A stretch of DNA of 64,000 nt from Antedon mediterranea (lineage: Eukaryota > Animalia > Echinodermata): positions 7,373,812 through 7,437,811 of the forward strand of contig NC_092675.1 in the NCBI RefSeq assembly GCF_964355755.1. Reading direction: 5' to 3'. Positions 23,601 through 38,600 of the stretch are shown here, in pieces. A model generated the notes under the pieces. The model worked only from the letters and a program-made list of their open reading frames with translations, searched no databases and was not told the DNA's origin. Both the position numbers and the translations under genes were made by a program. How positions within the stretch are numbered: position 1 is the stretch's first letter; each line of letters opens with the position of its first letter.

Positions 23601-26600
23601 GAGAATAAGAAATGTTGCCCCAACCGAGATTCTAACAGATTTTCTCATCGTATCGTTTCAAATTATTTAATACATTTTCAGTATATCACCGGGCAGTTTA
23701 GAATTTGTTCTGTGCCTGTGGTACAGTATTTAATTTATATAATACCAACTGTATACAGTTAGTATTATGTATATAATCATAGTCAAAAATCATCATCAAA
23801 ACCATACATGGTTAACATTAAACAAACACAATTTTACAATCAATTTGTGAAAAATTATACTGTACAAATTGGATGAATTTCGTCAGATGTTTGCCTTACT
23901 CTGACAAAAGATGAATGTCATCATTATGGGAATACTTTAGGGACCATGTCAAAATTATTCTACAGTTACTGCAGTAAACTATATTTTTTACTTCAATAGT
24001 AATAGTATATGATTATGCTATAGTTTATGAGGTAGTCACTACAATAAACAGTGTATGATACTTGTGTTTATGAAATCTTATATCTAATGCAAACAGGTTA
24101 AAAGTAAACAATAGTTACTGCAGTAAACTGCTTGAGAACGGGTGGTGTAAATGGTTCCTCTGCTTTTTTTTTTTGTGGCTTTTTTAGGATATTTTATGGA
24201 TCATTTTTGTGTGTAAAGCGCTTAGAACCATTGTATTCCTGCAGTAGAATATTTATTATGGTCTCTTAATACATATGGTCCCTTTAATCACAACATACAG
24301 TAAAAATATCATAAAAATATCATACAACCAAGTCTTTTGTTTACACTTAAAATACAATATAAGTAGCCACAAAGTCTACAAATTCAGTTTTTCTGATTTT
24401 CGAGGATAAAACAGTGATTTTTCTAAATTAATCATGTTTGGTTTTTGGCTATCATCCTAGAATCTTCGGTAAAATTTGCCAAGTTTCTGATTTCACAATA
24501 AAATTGATTTCCTGAAGACAGCATAACATTTGAAGCGTTCAACGATTCGCCAAAACGATTGGCATTCATATAGTCTTTGTCTGCCATGGAATGTATTTTA
24601 TAAGTCAACACTTACTTACCAACTTAACAAGATATGACATATACTGCAAGTTGAAATAATAAGTATCATGCATGTTTGTAGACTTGCCCCAAGTCTGTAT
24701 TATCTTTTTTTTTATTTATTTGTTTTTATTTTGACCGCGATTTTTGTCTGAAAATACAGACTTGTGAAACACGTATAGAAATCGATTTGCAGACCGCAAA
24801 TATACGATAAGAATGACGTAGGTTATCATACCGTATTTGGCTATATGGGGCGGGCGGTATGTAAATATGAATTTCGAATCAACCAATGATCATTTTGTTT
24901 CAAAATGAAAGAGATCGAGTACGTAGGCCTACCAGTGCTTAATGTACGATCGAGACTGTTGAAATATAAAATAGTAATGCCAAGTTGTTTTGTTTATTAA
25001 TTGTTTAGTCCTTGGCCTAGGCCTCTTTCGTAGGTCCTACTCAACTCGCACGTATGACCTGCCAAATAAAACGCCAATGAAGTCCGGCAGACAAGAGGGC
25101 TACACCACCACACAGGACAGGACAGGGTCTCGGTGGGAATTAAATCAAAATTATCTCCGCATAATAAATGATCCATTCAATGTTTGATTTGCGGAGAAGC
25201 TAGCCTATCATATATCAAGACGAGTTTTCATGTTTCAAAGATCCCATCAAATGTTTACCAGACTACTAGGCATATAAAATAATTTCTAGCCTTCAGAACT
25301 TTCATAAATGTACCCAAGTACACATTGTCTAAACGTAACATAGCGCATGCGCATCATCTTAGTTGTTGAGTCTTTGAAATTCTGAAATATGAATATTTAC
25401 ACGGTGTACGAGTGAGTAGCCAATCGCATGCAGCTGAAACTAGTCAACCGGATAATCGTATGCACCAAGAATTCTTGGTGTCAAACCACGTGACTTGTGC
25501 GTGTTTCCCCAGACGGAGTATCCAAAATCAAGTAGTATACGTATGAAACGCCATCTGTGCCAAAATATTTATCTTTTAACTAATATTAAGACAAAACTCC
25601 CTCTGGAACCCAGACTAGCATGTTTGATACATCATGTTCCTTTTCCACAGCGGCAGTTCAAGTTTAGTAAACACCTTTGCAGTAAAATTCTTTTTAGTCA
25701 AATGCAACGCGACTCTACAGCTCACTATATTGGTCGGTCATTAAACACTAACTAAAATTTGAGCCTGCAACTGCAGCCATGTATATGGCCTTGTTTATCT
25801 CACATTAGCTATTATAAAACTACAAACAAATTATTTTTACTGTTTTATTTCATTTATTTTATTAATTTTGCCACACAAATAACAACACAGAGCTTGATTC
25901 TGCCAAGGAGTCCTGCTGTAGAGCTTCTGTTGCCAATAAGGCCTCAACAGTGTGCTATATTACCTGATAATATTGCAGTTTTTCTGTTTAATAAATACAT
26001 AAAGCATTTTTCCTTCTTTTCTATCCATTGCAGACAAATCTTTGGCCGAGTACTTAAAGGACCCAACTGATGTCAAAAACCAACTAATGTCAGATTTGAA
26101 CCTAACACCTGAAGTAGCTGATGCACTGTTAAATTCTCCCATAACACCTCAACAGGTAAGTTAATACTATCTTTTAAAGTACTGTATTGATTTAATTAAT
26201 GTAATTTCTTAAGCTCTGTCTACAATATCAAACTTTGTGGGACAACAAAATGTGATATGGACACGATAATATCATATCACTACCATATTTGTGCATATCA
26301 CTATCATATCTGGGCACAACACAATTTTTTATCACATCACGTTTGATAGTATAGACAGATACTTGACTTTCATGTCTTACCCAATTTATTTCTTAATTTC
26401 CTCGTCAGATAATTAGGACTTGTATAATTCCATTTTAACAACTGACAAATTAATGAATAACAACTTTATTAATTCATTTTTTATTGATGAATATTTAATA
26501 ATTTGGTCTTTTTTAATATTTCGAAATGGACAAGAGTCAGCAACCCAACAAAAGTTTTAAAGGCCAGGTGCAGGCAAAAAATTTCTATTGATTATACCAT

Positions 26601-29600
26601 GGAGGAAAAAATAATTTATTTTTTCCTCCGTGATTATACATTCCAATAATTTTTGATCTATAGTTTCCCCTATGTTTCATAATTTTTGAGATTTTATTTG
26701 TGTTACACTAGCTTGTTGAAAATAAGCACTTTCTTATCAGTGGGGGGATAGTTCAAATTACACAGTAAAATCTCTATTCTTTTGTACACAAATTTTGTAA
26801 ATAGAGAGGCATTTTAAAAAGCTATGAAAAATAAACAGTGTGGTAAAAAATGTTATCAGATGACTAAATACAGATAATATAACTTGAATATTACATTTCT
26901 GATATTTTTATTCAACTTCAGATTTTTATTTTTATGCTATAGCAAACATTATCCACCGTATATCCACAATCTTTTTTCACCATCTAGAGACTCACCAGAC
27001 ATGTTATTACATTAGGTTAAACTACCTAACTACTGAAAAAAAGTCTTCCTGGTTTTTATGGAAGAATTTTTGCCAAATTTTGTATTTGATCATACTAAGG
27101 GAAATTCATGTTTTTTCGTCTTGATTTCTGTTACAAATATTTGATTTATGTACAATTAACCAAATATTATATTTAAAATTCATGCCTGTAGCTGAGCTTT
27201 AATGTATGACTTTTTGACACAACAGCTACAGCTACAACATTAAATAAAAAATTTCTGTTGACGATTTCGAATGCAGACATCTGCATACAATCTTAAAACC
27301 TAAAAGTCACTCCATAATATAACAACCCCTCAATGGAAACTAATTCTTCTGTGTAAGAATTAATTGGGTCGTCCTGAATCTATTGTAAATTTATTCAAAC
27401 TAAAAATAAAACACAAACGTACAATCCTCAAAATTCCTTATTGTGACAACTCGTAAACTATGTTACGATAGTTTCCATAAATATGCCCACACTAAAGCTA
27501 TGTCTACACTATCAAACTTTATGTAACAAAAAAAAAATGTGATGTGCCCATATATGGACATGATGATGTCATATCATTACCATATTTGGGCATATCACAC
27601 TTTTTTTGTCAAACTATAGTCCAGACAGAGCTTAAAGTTGTTTTTTTAAAGAATATTATTATTAATGAAAATTAAATCAGCATAATGTTCAATCTGATTC
27701 TTGTATTAATTAACACATTAATATTTCAAGCTTGATATGCACTGTTATCCACATTGAACGCAAGAAGTTATTAGTCTGGTGTGTAGCTTTACACATAAAT
27801 AATTTATAGAGCTAAAATATTCATTAAATTCAAGGCACATACAATTAGAAATATGATATCAACACAATTCAATTTAGGTTATCTCTATAAAAAGGTTGTG
27901 TATAATAATACATAGGTCTTTGATGTTGCCATTGTTATGTTTTTTATAAGATATACAGTAGAACCTACAATAGACACCTATTCAGTGTATACTTTTGCTT
28001 GAAATGAATAAAGGGAAATATATCTTTTTACAACCTCTATTCTGGAGACACTCCTGTTAAGTGGACACTTTGTTCGGCCTTGAAGGTGTTCACTTAATAG
28101 CAGTTAAAATAATGTGAAACAGGATGTAACGCAATATGTAAAACAGTTTAAAAATGTGTCTTAATACATGTGATACTGATAAGTTTCACTTTAATTGTTA
28201 TGATTGCTATTAGAAATGTAAAAGTACACTTGAACTGGCATTACCTATCTGGTATCAGGCAAATTCTGTAATCGTGTCACATCTGTATCACATGTGGTGT
28301 CTGTATAATATGTTAAGGTTAACATTCGACTTATGGCCTATGGATACGGATTGCGAGAATTTATTTTTGGACAATTTATAGATACAGTACCGAGAATGAT
28401 GATTTAAATGAAAAAATAAACATACAGTACTATAATATATCAAATTTAGAAATTCAGTTGGAAATTATTAATCTTGTTACAGTTTATCAATAACTTTGAT
28501 TAATGTTTGATATTATTTATTCAGAGATAGCTTATCTTTCTGAATAAATACTTATTTAATACTGACGGCAGTCAAATCCTGTTGGTCTACGTGTATACTC
28601 TGATTTTAGGTACTTTGTGTATATAATGTTATAGGCTATACAAACATTCTTTTACTGCAGTGTCTACTGATAAGTTTGAATAATGATATCAAACATATCC
28701 CCAATAAATGAGACAAGCCATTATACAATTTACTGTATTTACAATTTTATTTATGATTATTGTGAAGAAGGTTAATAGACTGGTCCAATAGTCATATTTC
28801 CACTCATAATAAGATGCTGTAAGGCATTTCATAAGAACAAATAAAGTTTGAAATATAAACCTTTCACACTATTAGCAGAACTCTGCAGCTTACATGCACT
28901 GGGGGAATACTGTACCATGCATGTGTATGTAAACTATGGAATATTGTTAGGCAATGTGATGCGATAATTTTTAGTGTTATGTTTTATAATAGGGACTTCA
29001 CAAAAAACAAAGGTTAGGGGACGAAGACAATTATCCTGTGTTCGCTAGAGTGTAAAATCATATACAGTCACCATAACCGTTTTATTAGTTACGCACCCTT
29101 GTTGTGAAAAGACACAGTATATCTCTTCAATCCCTCTACTGTCGCGTGGCGCGAGGCCCTTCTGAATCACTTGGGCTCTGGTGTTAGAGCATAGTCCTTC
29201 CTAACTAGGACCTCGCATTCAAACGCTGCTTTTAACACAGCCATTTTAACCCAATACAAATATTATTTCATTAAAAAATTAAAAGTAGAAGTTGAAATAT
29301 TATTTAGAGTTTTGAAAATTTGAAGTATATTTAAGGTTATATACAGTACATTATTTCTAGTCGTTCTCTGTAAATGGGAAAATGGCAACTTTTCTCAAAA
29401 AGTTAAAATGACAGAATTTCATGCTAAGCTCCGCCAACTTTGTTAAAGCTCGTGCATAAATTATTCATGAGCACCGTCCTATCACTTCCCTTTGTGTTTC
29501 GTAAAGTCCCTATAGTATCACTCTTGTACTGTTTATACAACATTACCTGGCATGTGTATTTGCCATCTCCTATATGTCAATTGGCATTATCTAGTTTCCT

Positions 29601-32600
29601 TTGATTGCATTTGTGATAGGATAGTGGTTTTATATGGTGCTTTTATAATTTAAAAAACAAATTCATTGTACCATAAAGTAAAGTTGTAGTTCAATAAACC
29701 TACACAAACAATTCACAGTAGTTGAAGCTCTGTCTACACTTACCAAACTAGTTTGACAAGAAGTGTGATGTGCCCAAATATGGTAGTGGAACATTATGCC
29801 CAAATATGGTAGTGATATAACATTATCATGTCCATATATGGGAACATCACATTTTTTTGTCATATAAAGTTTGATAGTGAGACAGAGCTTTACAATACAA
29901 ATACATATTGATAGAATTAAGACTATTAGAACAGCATACTAGAAGAAAGAGATCAAGAGATGGATACTATTATATTTGATGACATCTGAAACCAAATCTG
30001 GTGGGATTTACCTAGCTACATAGGTCGATTTACTACATTTTAGTGCATTGAGGTGAACAGCGGGGGTGGAATTTAGTGGGAGATGGGTCATAAAGGGCTA
30101 GACTAGATGTACTGTAACCTACACAAGGGGTTCAGTTCTACTAAAATAGTTTTAAAAGACTTTACAATAATATTGTGTGCAACAAACAAATATTTTAATT
30201 GATATTTTACCTCCGCCGAGGAGGTATGTGTAGTCGATCACGTGAGTTTGTGTGTTTGTTTGTTAGCAGGATTACTCAAAAAATAATTACAAGATATTTA
30301 CCAAAATGAAAATACAGATAGATATGTGGTCAAGGATCACTCCATTCAAATGTGGAGGCAATCTGGACCACGGTCTCAATTTTGGACTGCTTTTTAGTAA
30401 AATTTTCAGACCTGCTAGTGTTAAAAGATAGCACAGAATTTTCAAAAGCCGGCATTTGTATTTAAGGATGTCTCATGTTATTATATGTGTTATATATTAC
30501 TATAAACCTTTTCCCTACTCTCTGCTTTTCTCTTCGGCCTAAAAAATATCTAGACCCATCCACAAGGAGACTTGGCTTTATAAACTAAAGATGATGCCTT
30601 GTATGTTTTTTCCATTCTTTTTCCAATTTTTATTTGTGCAGATGATTGATATAATTGGGAGTGGAGAATACAAAACTATAGCATGCAATGCTACTGCTCT
30701 TCAGACTCTTTTGGATATTTCTGATCCTACTCTCCTGGCGGAAACAAAAAATGAACTCTGCGTTCTTACTACCGACGATTGGAATAAACTCGGAGAAGAT
30801 ATTGTTCAAAATCTTGATTGGAGTCAAATTATTGGTGGAGTAAGTATGCATAGTGGCAGCTTATAAATAGAGTATTAAAATATTGACAATAGCCAATGTA
30901 AATAATAGAGGATTAGTTAATAATGAATTGAGATTTAATGTAGTCGTTTATTGGCTTGGTTCCGGTTTCCCTCACAATTTACTCATACAATTAAATCAAC
31001 TTTTTATTTATTCAATACCAGACTAGAGAAAGTAATGGGAATTTCCATTGTTTAAGTTTGACATGTTACAATTCTAATATTGCAAACATTGAATATGTAT
31101 TCTTATATTGTATAATACATTAGAATCCCCAGTAACCTTGCCTTGGACACACTGTTATTTAAGAGTTAACCCCATCCCCATAAAAGAGGTATTTAAGAGT
31201 TAACCCCATCCCCATAAAAGAGGACACTTTTCTGGCTCCTGAAGTTCAATCCCTAAATATGGGTACTAGCTACTATATCCATTTTATATATTTTTTAATA
31301 CAAGTACCATTAACACCTTGAAATATAAAGTTTAGAGTTTCACTCTACATAATGGTCAAAATAATGATAACATTCATTGGTTTGTTGCAGGCTGGGAATT
31401 TAAGTCCATCTAACTTTGATCCGTCATCATATTCAAGTCTTGATCCTGAACAGTTAGAAAAAATAACCAAACAATTACAGGATGCTGGAGTAACTGACAT
31501 TGGTAAATATGTGCAGTAGAACTCGTATTGGCACATTCAATACCCAAAATAGCATGTCCCCTGAATAGGAGTTGGCTGTATTGCTTAAATATATATTCCT
31601 TCTAATTTGTGTGAATATTAAGATAGATATTTACAAAAAAATCATTGCTATTAATGTGTATAATTCATTTTATTAAAACTTCACTGTATTTTATTTGGTT
31701 TTTGTAATATTTTAAATTATCAATTTATCAAATTATTATTTTTTTAAATATGTTTTATAGAATTATTTTGAGTAGTCCTTGCAAATTCACACAACCTCTA
31801 TCTCTGTTTTCTAGTTGCCTCTCTAGTTTTAGTAACTATGGATGTTACAGTTCAAACCATTATTTTCAATAATGGTTTGAAATGTTAGAGTGTGATTTTT
31901 TTAGATTTGAAAATAATTACAATGACATGTGTTTTAATATTTAAATCTCTTTGTTTTCAGGTGATTTTCCTTTAAGCAGTGTGATCAATGATCCTACAAA
32001 GTTGAAAACATTTTTAGACCAAAACATTTCACTGTCTGAAGGAGCAACCAACACTTTGCTAGATTCAACAACCTCTTTGCAAGAGGTAAGAGTCACTGAG
32101 AATTGTTTATTCCATCAAAATGATTTTATTAATTTTATTTATTTAAATAACAATAATAACAACAATTCAAAGCATTAAACGAGTCCTTATATATTCATAT
32201 TGTGTGAAATATTTCAATTTATATTTTTGTGGATAGAAATTTTTACTGCAAAAAAGTTTTTTGTCTATATCTCAATTCTGTTGCCTATTTTATTATTCTG
32301 AAATTATTGGTTGTTTTTACATTGTTACTTAAAACATAATAAGTGCATTAGACTTAATAAATGTATTGTTACTTTGTTTATTAATTTTCCACACACAAAA
32401 TATAATAAATGTAAGTCAAAATATAAATTGTACAAAAGTAAAATATAGATGGAAACCAAAATAAGTTTGACAACAAACGTTAGGGTATGATCATCTGTTA
32501 CAATGATAGTTACAAAATAATAATATACTTGTTTTTTTTTTCTCTAGTTGCAACTTCTGTCTGAGGGCAGTCTAATGAGGCCTATCGTGTGCAATACAAC

Positions 32601-35600
32601 CGCGCTGCGTAATTATGTGGACGTTACTGATCCCGCATCATTGCAGACGCTCAGTGACTCATTGTGTAATTTGACGGACGCTCAGTTAGATGAACTTTCT
32701 CGAGCAGTTAGCGAACAGGTTAATGCAACCACTCTGCTAAAACTTGTAAGTTTAGATTTTTTTCAATGTCTAATTATTTTAAAGAAAAAGCTGAATGCTG
32801 TTGCTGAGCCCATCATACTACAGTATATTTTTAAAATAGACCTATACGATTTTGTGTTTAATGTACTGGCAATCCTGATTAAGATAAATTCTCACTCAAA
32901 TTATAATCTTTATTTTCATGGTACATCCATGGACATATCCTGGTCCAATTACAGTAGTAAGCTTTTATTTCAAGGCTGGTAGACAAAGTAGACGGTAATT
33001 AACAGACTGTGACGTGACGGTGTGTACACATTCCACAACCGTCACGGCCTGATAAATTACCATCTTTTACGATACGATATGATAGTATTTATTGTCATTT
33101 GTTGACAAGGTACAAATGAAATTTGATTTATACTATCCCAAAATGAAAGACAGGGTATATTGCCATCATGTGCAATAAATAAACTACCATAGTCTTTATA
33201 ATTGGGTTCATTTCATCTGACCAAATACTCTACACCCTGATGCAAAGCTACTCCACAATTATTTAATTTATATAAAAATTTATTTCTTTCATTTTATATA
33301 CAAATTATTGACAAAACAGCAAGATAAAAAAACACAAAGATCATTGAGATTCACAAGATAGACATATCCTGTTTGTCTGCATTTCCTAATGTAATCTGTT
33401 GGTTAAATAGTGGCTTAGATAACAATTTAACCAGGAACATAAGATAAACCACAACGCTATTAAACTTGAATTGTAGTTACTTGTGGTTAAATTTTAATGT
33501 GGTACAGTATACTTAAATCTACAGTGCATTTTTTATATTAATGTTTGTTAATAATAACTTTAAGTAGAGTAATTTGATATGTTACTGTTATTTAGAGTGG
33601 GTACCAATGTACAATAGACCTACTGAAGCAGTGCTCAATATGTTGTTCATCTCAATGATATTTTGGCACATATACTTTATATAGTATTAAACTATTCAAA
33701 CTATATAGACCTATCCTCTGTACACTCCAACATCAACAAGGAATCCACAACATTTTTAGGATTCGGCCAAGTAGCCTTTTGGCAATTAATATCTAATTAC
33801 AAAACGCATTATGCAACACTTAACTTTTTTATGGCATACAGAATATGTGTAAAATACAGCGTGTCTACGACATTGAAAGCATAAATTTCAAATTTTCACT
33901 TTGAATACAAAATTTCATTTTCCAATCTATTGGTTTTTTTCTGTAAACATTTTTTCCCTAGAGATAAAGGGTTGGGCCTAAATGTGTTATTCAAATTCAA
34001 AACCATATCTATTTACACATTTCATAGGAAATCATATAATCCACACATATACAGTACATTTCTAATTCTATATCCTTTTACATTTTTTTATAGTTTAATG
34101 TTACGGATACCGAATCTGCTCGTCGGCTTATTGATGAACTTACAGACGTCGCAAGAGAGGTTTGTCAGTTTCAGATTCAGTAAATTGGGCCATTTTAATA
34201 TGATGTATTTTAATGATTAGAACTCCTCCTTTGTGAAACCTCTATTCAGGGCCATTATTCCTGTTAAAACAAGTAATAGTGTAATATATGTTCATACACT
34301 ATGGAAAACCGGGGATATTGTGCAATTTTAATATATGATGTATTTAAATTATTAGTGCATTTACTACAGTAAAACTCCTTTGGGACACCTATTCAGTGCC
34401 ATATTTCTTTTCAAACTAACAAGTAATATTGTAATATATGTTTAAACACTACGGAAAACCGGGGACATCCTGATTTTTTTCTGGTAAATGGAGGACGCCC
34501 TAACATATACCATCCGCCCTTCTAATCAACATCGTAGCTTCTTCCTTGCTTGCTTAATACATTTTTCTTCCCTACTTTTCCCCCTTTTTTTATTGTTTAT
34601 TAGATTCAAGATCTTAAAAGTATAGAGAGCTACATCCAAGACATACAAGACCAGCTGAGCAACAAAGATGTACAGACACTTGTGTGCGGTGGAAGTGGTG
34701 ACAATGACCTATTGAAGGGTAAAGTGGACGCGCAACATGAAGGGGGACTGGATGGTGGAGAGAGCAGAGTATCAGGCAATGCGCAATCTCCGGAAGATAG
34801 CTGCAGTTTAAGCTCGTTCAACTTCAGCAATGCCCTTGATAATTATGGTAATTATCTTACTCGCCCTCGAAGGAGGAAATGCGAGAATTTAGCCTCCAGG
34901 TCTTGCTGTGTATTTAATAATTAGATTCTACTTTTTAAAATCTAGTTTATGTGGTGTATGTTATGTATCTCAAACACTATTGATTTGATCTATAAAAGAT
35001 ATTTAGATATTCCAACCTGTACAATGTACAGCTCTATTTAAATTTGGAGTTTAATATCATTTTCAACGTTTCTATAGTAGAATAGTGGTATTTTTTTTAG
35101 AGTTAGGCTCCGACAAAGTCAACAAGTATACTGTATACACTTTTAAAATAATATTTATTTAAATAAGTTTATATGATCAACACTAATAAATATGTAGCGA
35201 CACAAAAAGAAATGCATGCTTAACATATGTATAAACATTTGTACAGTACTGTATATACATTATATATTAAAAATATGGTAAAGTAAGAGTAAGGTAAAGC
35301 TCTGTCTACATTATTATATGTTTATATTATATTATTTCTACATTTGTGTGACAAACAAATGTGATATGCCCATTATAACGATAAGATAACTTTATTTTGT
35401 TCACAAAACAAGTGGAAAATTAACACAATGATGTCATATCACTACCATATTTGAGCACATCACACCTTTTTTGTCAAACTAGTTTGATAGTGTGGACAGA
35501 GCTTAATACTAAATCGTTGATGAGTTTATTATTGCTGTATTTTCTTCATAGATGGGTGTCCATTGGATCTGCTTGAGGATTCAACTGATCCTTGTGTTGT

Positions 35601-38600
35601 GATACTGATGAGGATGTTGAAACCACTCTTGGTTGGAGAGGTTTTGTATACACCTGATAATAATGCCACAAAATCGATTATCAAGAAGGTATATTTGAGC
35701 TCGAAACATTTTCAGTATCCGATTTTTCTTTTAGATAAAAAATATTAATAATTCTTTACAAAACATAATAATATAATAATTTCCATGGAAAGCAAAAGTA
35801 ATATGAGGACGTGCGTGAGAGAAATTTGTACGGCCCGCTAGGGCATCTGTTCCATTTTCCTTTCAAAGGGTGTCCAAATTGGGAATAATTGCATATGTAG
35901 AGTCTATAAGGTAGGTATCTCACTCATAGACTACCAACACCACTGTTGGTTTGTGTAATTTACATGGTAGATTCCACCCCTAACAACTACAACTATTGTC
36001 AATTAGCTGGTATTTCTTCTGGAAAAACTTTGTGTTTTTTCTGCACAGTTTTGGTATCTCACACTAATGTACTCACAGTGTTGTAGCCAAGAGAAATAAA
36101 ATGGTACGATGGTTGCAACAATAAAAGACAAAGCAAGAGTGTTCTCAAAGACCTTGTAAAAAAGTGGTCAGATTGAAACCTTACCAACCGTACTGGTTGC
36201 TATGGCCCTGACTTACAGATAATAACAATAGATCATGGTTACTCTTTTTGTAGAAGATCTAACAACATCATGGTGGCAACAACCCAAGAAACCGTACTTT
36301 TCATATTCCCTTTAGCAGAGATAATGTCTTAAAATACGGTTTTATTAGTAGATTAAGTCAAAATGTATAATCGTCCTCCTCACCATGCTTAATTAACGCA
36401 TATTTTCTACTATTTCGTTACTATTTTCTTGCTATCGTTTTCATTTAGGCTCAGGAACCATTTGATACACTGTGGATGGTGAATGATCTTGCAGAGAAAT
36501 GGCTAGCTTATTCACCGACCTTACACAACCTTATTAGCCCTGATGGTCAGTTAGGTCAGCTTGAGGTTAGTATAACAGCCAATCAATAGATTGATATTTT
36601 TAACTTTCTCAAAATCAAACACCAATGATGTCCAGTTTTGAAGTTTTAATTTTCAGCAAGATTAAGAAAAACTGGTTTACAATGCATGCATTCTGTTTTA
36701 TTTTTTAATGACTAGTTTCTATAAAACTGCATATATGGACATAATAATGTCATATTACTACCATATTTGGGCATAGTATCACTACCATATTTGGGCATGT
36801 CACACATATTTTGTCATACTAGTTTGATAGTGTAGACAGACCTTTAGATGTTTAACAGGTTTTAGGAAAACTTCTTTTTAGTAAGAGTTTAATGATTTGG
36901 TGTTTTTTTTATGAATTTAGAAACAATTGCAAAATCCTGTCGTGAGAACTGCTCTAGAAGAGGCATACAAAAATGTAGCCAATCAGACGGATGGAGACAT
37001 AGCATCAACAATAAGTGAAATTGAATCATTTAACACTACTGAGTGGGAACAAATACTAGATGAATTGGATTATGCTGCAAATACTACAATCAAGATTCTA
37101 AAAGTAAGGCATTGTACTATTATTGTAGCTGTTTGAGTATTGAATTATTTAAAAGTAATCAGAATTTAATTTCTTCAAGGCCTAATACATTACACCCCTT
37201 TTGTTAACCCCCTATAGAGCATTTTCATTTCTTCGAAAGATTCTCAAGTACTGTTATATGTTTTCAATATAAATTGTTTTATGACGGATGCATGAAAACA
37301 TTTTTTGATCAGAATAACTGTCAGTGGCATGTATTAAAAACGAAAGGTTGTAATATACAGGTATTCAACCAATGAAAAGATTGTAATAATCAAAACACTA
37401 ATAGACTAATAGACTAGTCCAGATTTGAAAAAAAATGAAATGCTGTAGGCATTTTGTGCTAAAAGCGAATAAACATGTGTTTTAGGGTAATTTTGGGGTG
37501 CTGAATTCAAATTTGCTGTTTACCCGACTCAATTTTTAGATCTTCACCCTTAAAATGTGAAAAACAAAATGGCCACCATTTCAGACTTATTTTGGCTTAT
37601 AACTTGACTTTTTAAGTGACGTAGCAAGTTAAAAATGGTGTCTATACCTATGTTTGTGATAGTGAAGATTCCAATTATATTGTTATTAAAGTTGAAAATA
37701 TTCTATTTCAGCCGCCATGTTGAAATCCAAGATGGCCGCCATTTTAAACGTATTTTGGCTTATAACTTGACTTTTAATTAACATAGCAAGTTAAAAATAG
37801 TTTCTACCTATAGTCCAGTAAAAGTATGGTTAAACCTAGAACAAATTGCAACATAATTTGTTTTTGTTTTGTCTGGTTGATATGGTCCAAATTAACATCA
37901 TATCCAATGTTTACCAAAATCAGACATCGTGAAGTGGGTTCATTAGCATAAATTAAAAATGGCCGAACGGTTGGTTTTACTTATAGACCACCTACTGTAA
38001 GTGAATTACTATTAATTATTATTAATCAGATGTCTTGTTAATTTTGGACTGAACAAAAGATGCATGTTTCGAATTCATTCATATAATTCATATCTTTGTT
38101 TCTTTGCAAGTACAGATCGTTTCTCATTCGAAATGCCATTGAAGATGTTGCCATTTGCTCCCCAGTGTTTTCTTTAACTACAGATTTTCCACTATATTGC
38201 TTCTTCTGTCTTAAAATATTTTTTTAATGATGGCAAAGTAATAGTAGGCCCCTAATAGATTTAATGCTCCATCTGCATTCAAAGTTTCGATTCCATTTCC
38301 TGAAATTTTTTGCCAAGGAAGTTAAATACTGCTTGTTGTAGAAATTTAAATACTGTAATTAAGTACCAATTATCAATTTATTCACCATTTCAAATTATTT
38401 CAATTTCATAAAGATTTATAACAAATGCTGGTGTGGATGACATAAGAACAAAGCTTGTTTACCGGGCACCGGTAGTGATGGCAAGTTAGAAAATTACCCA
38501 AACCCTTTGAATACCGTTGATATGCAGTATCTTTAACTGATGGTTCTTCATCCTTGTTGGCACAATATAATGTCCTTTATGTTTGATGAATCTTGGAAAC

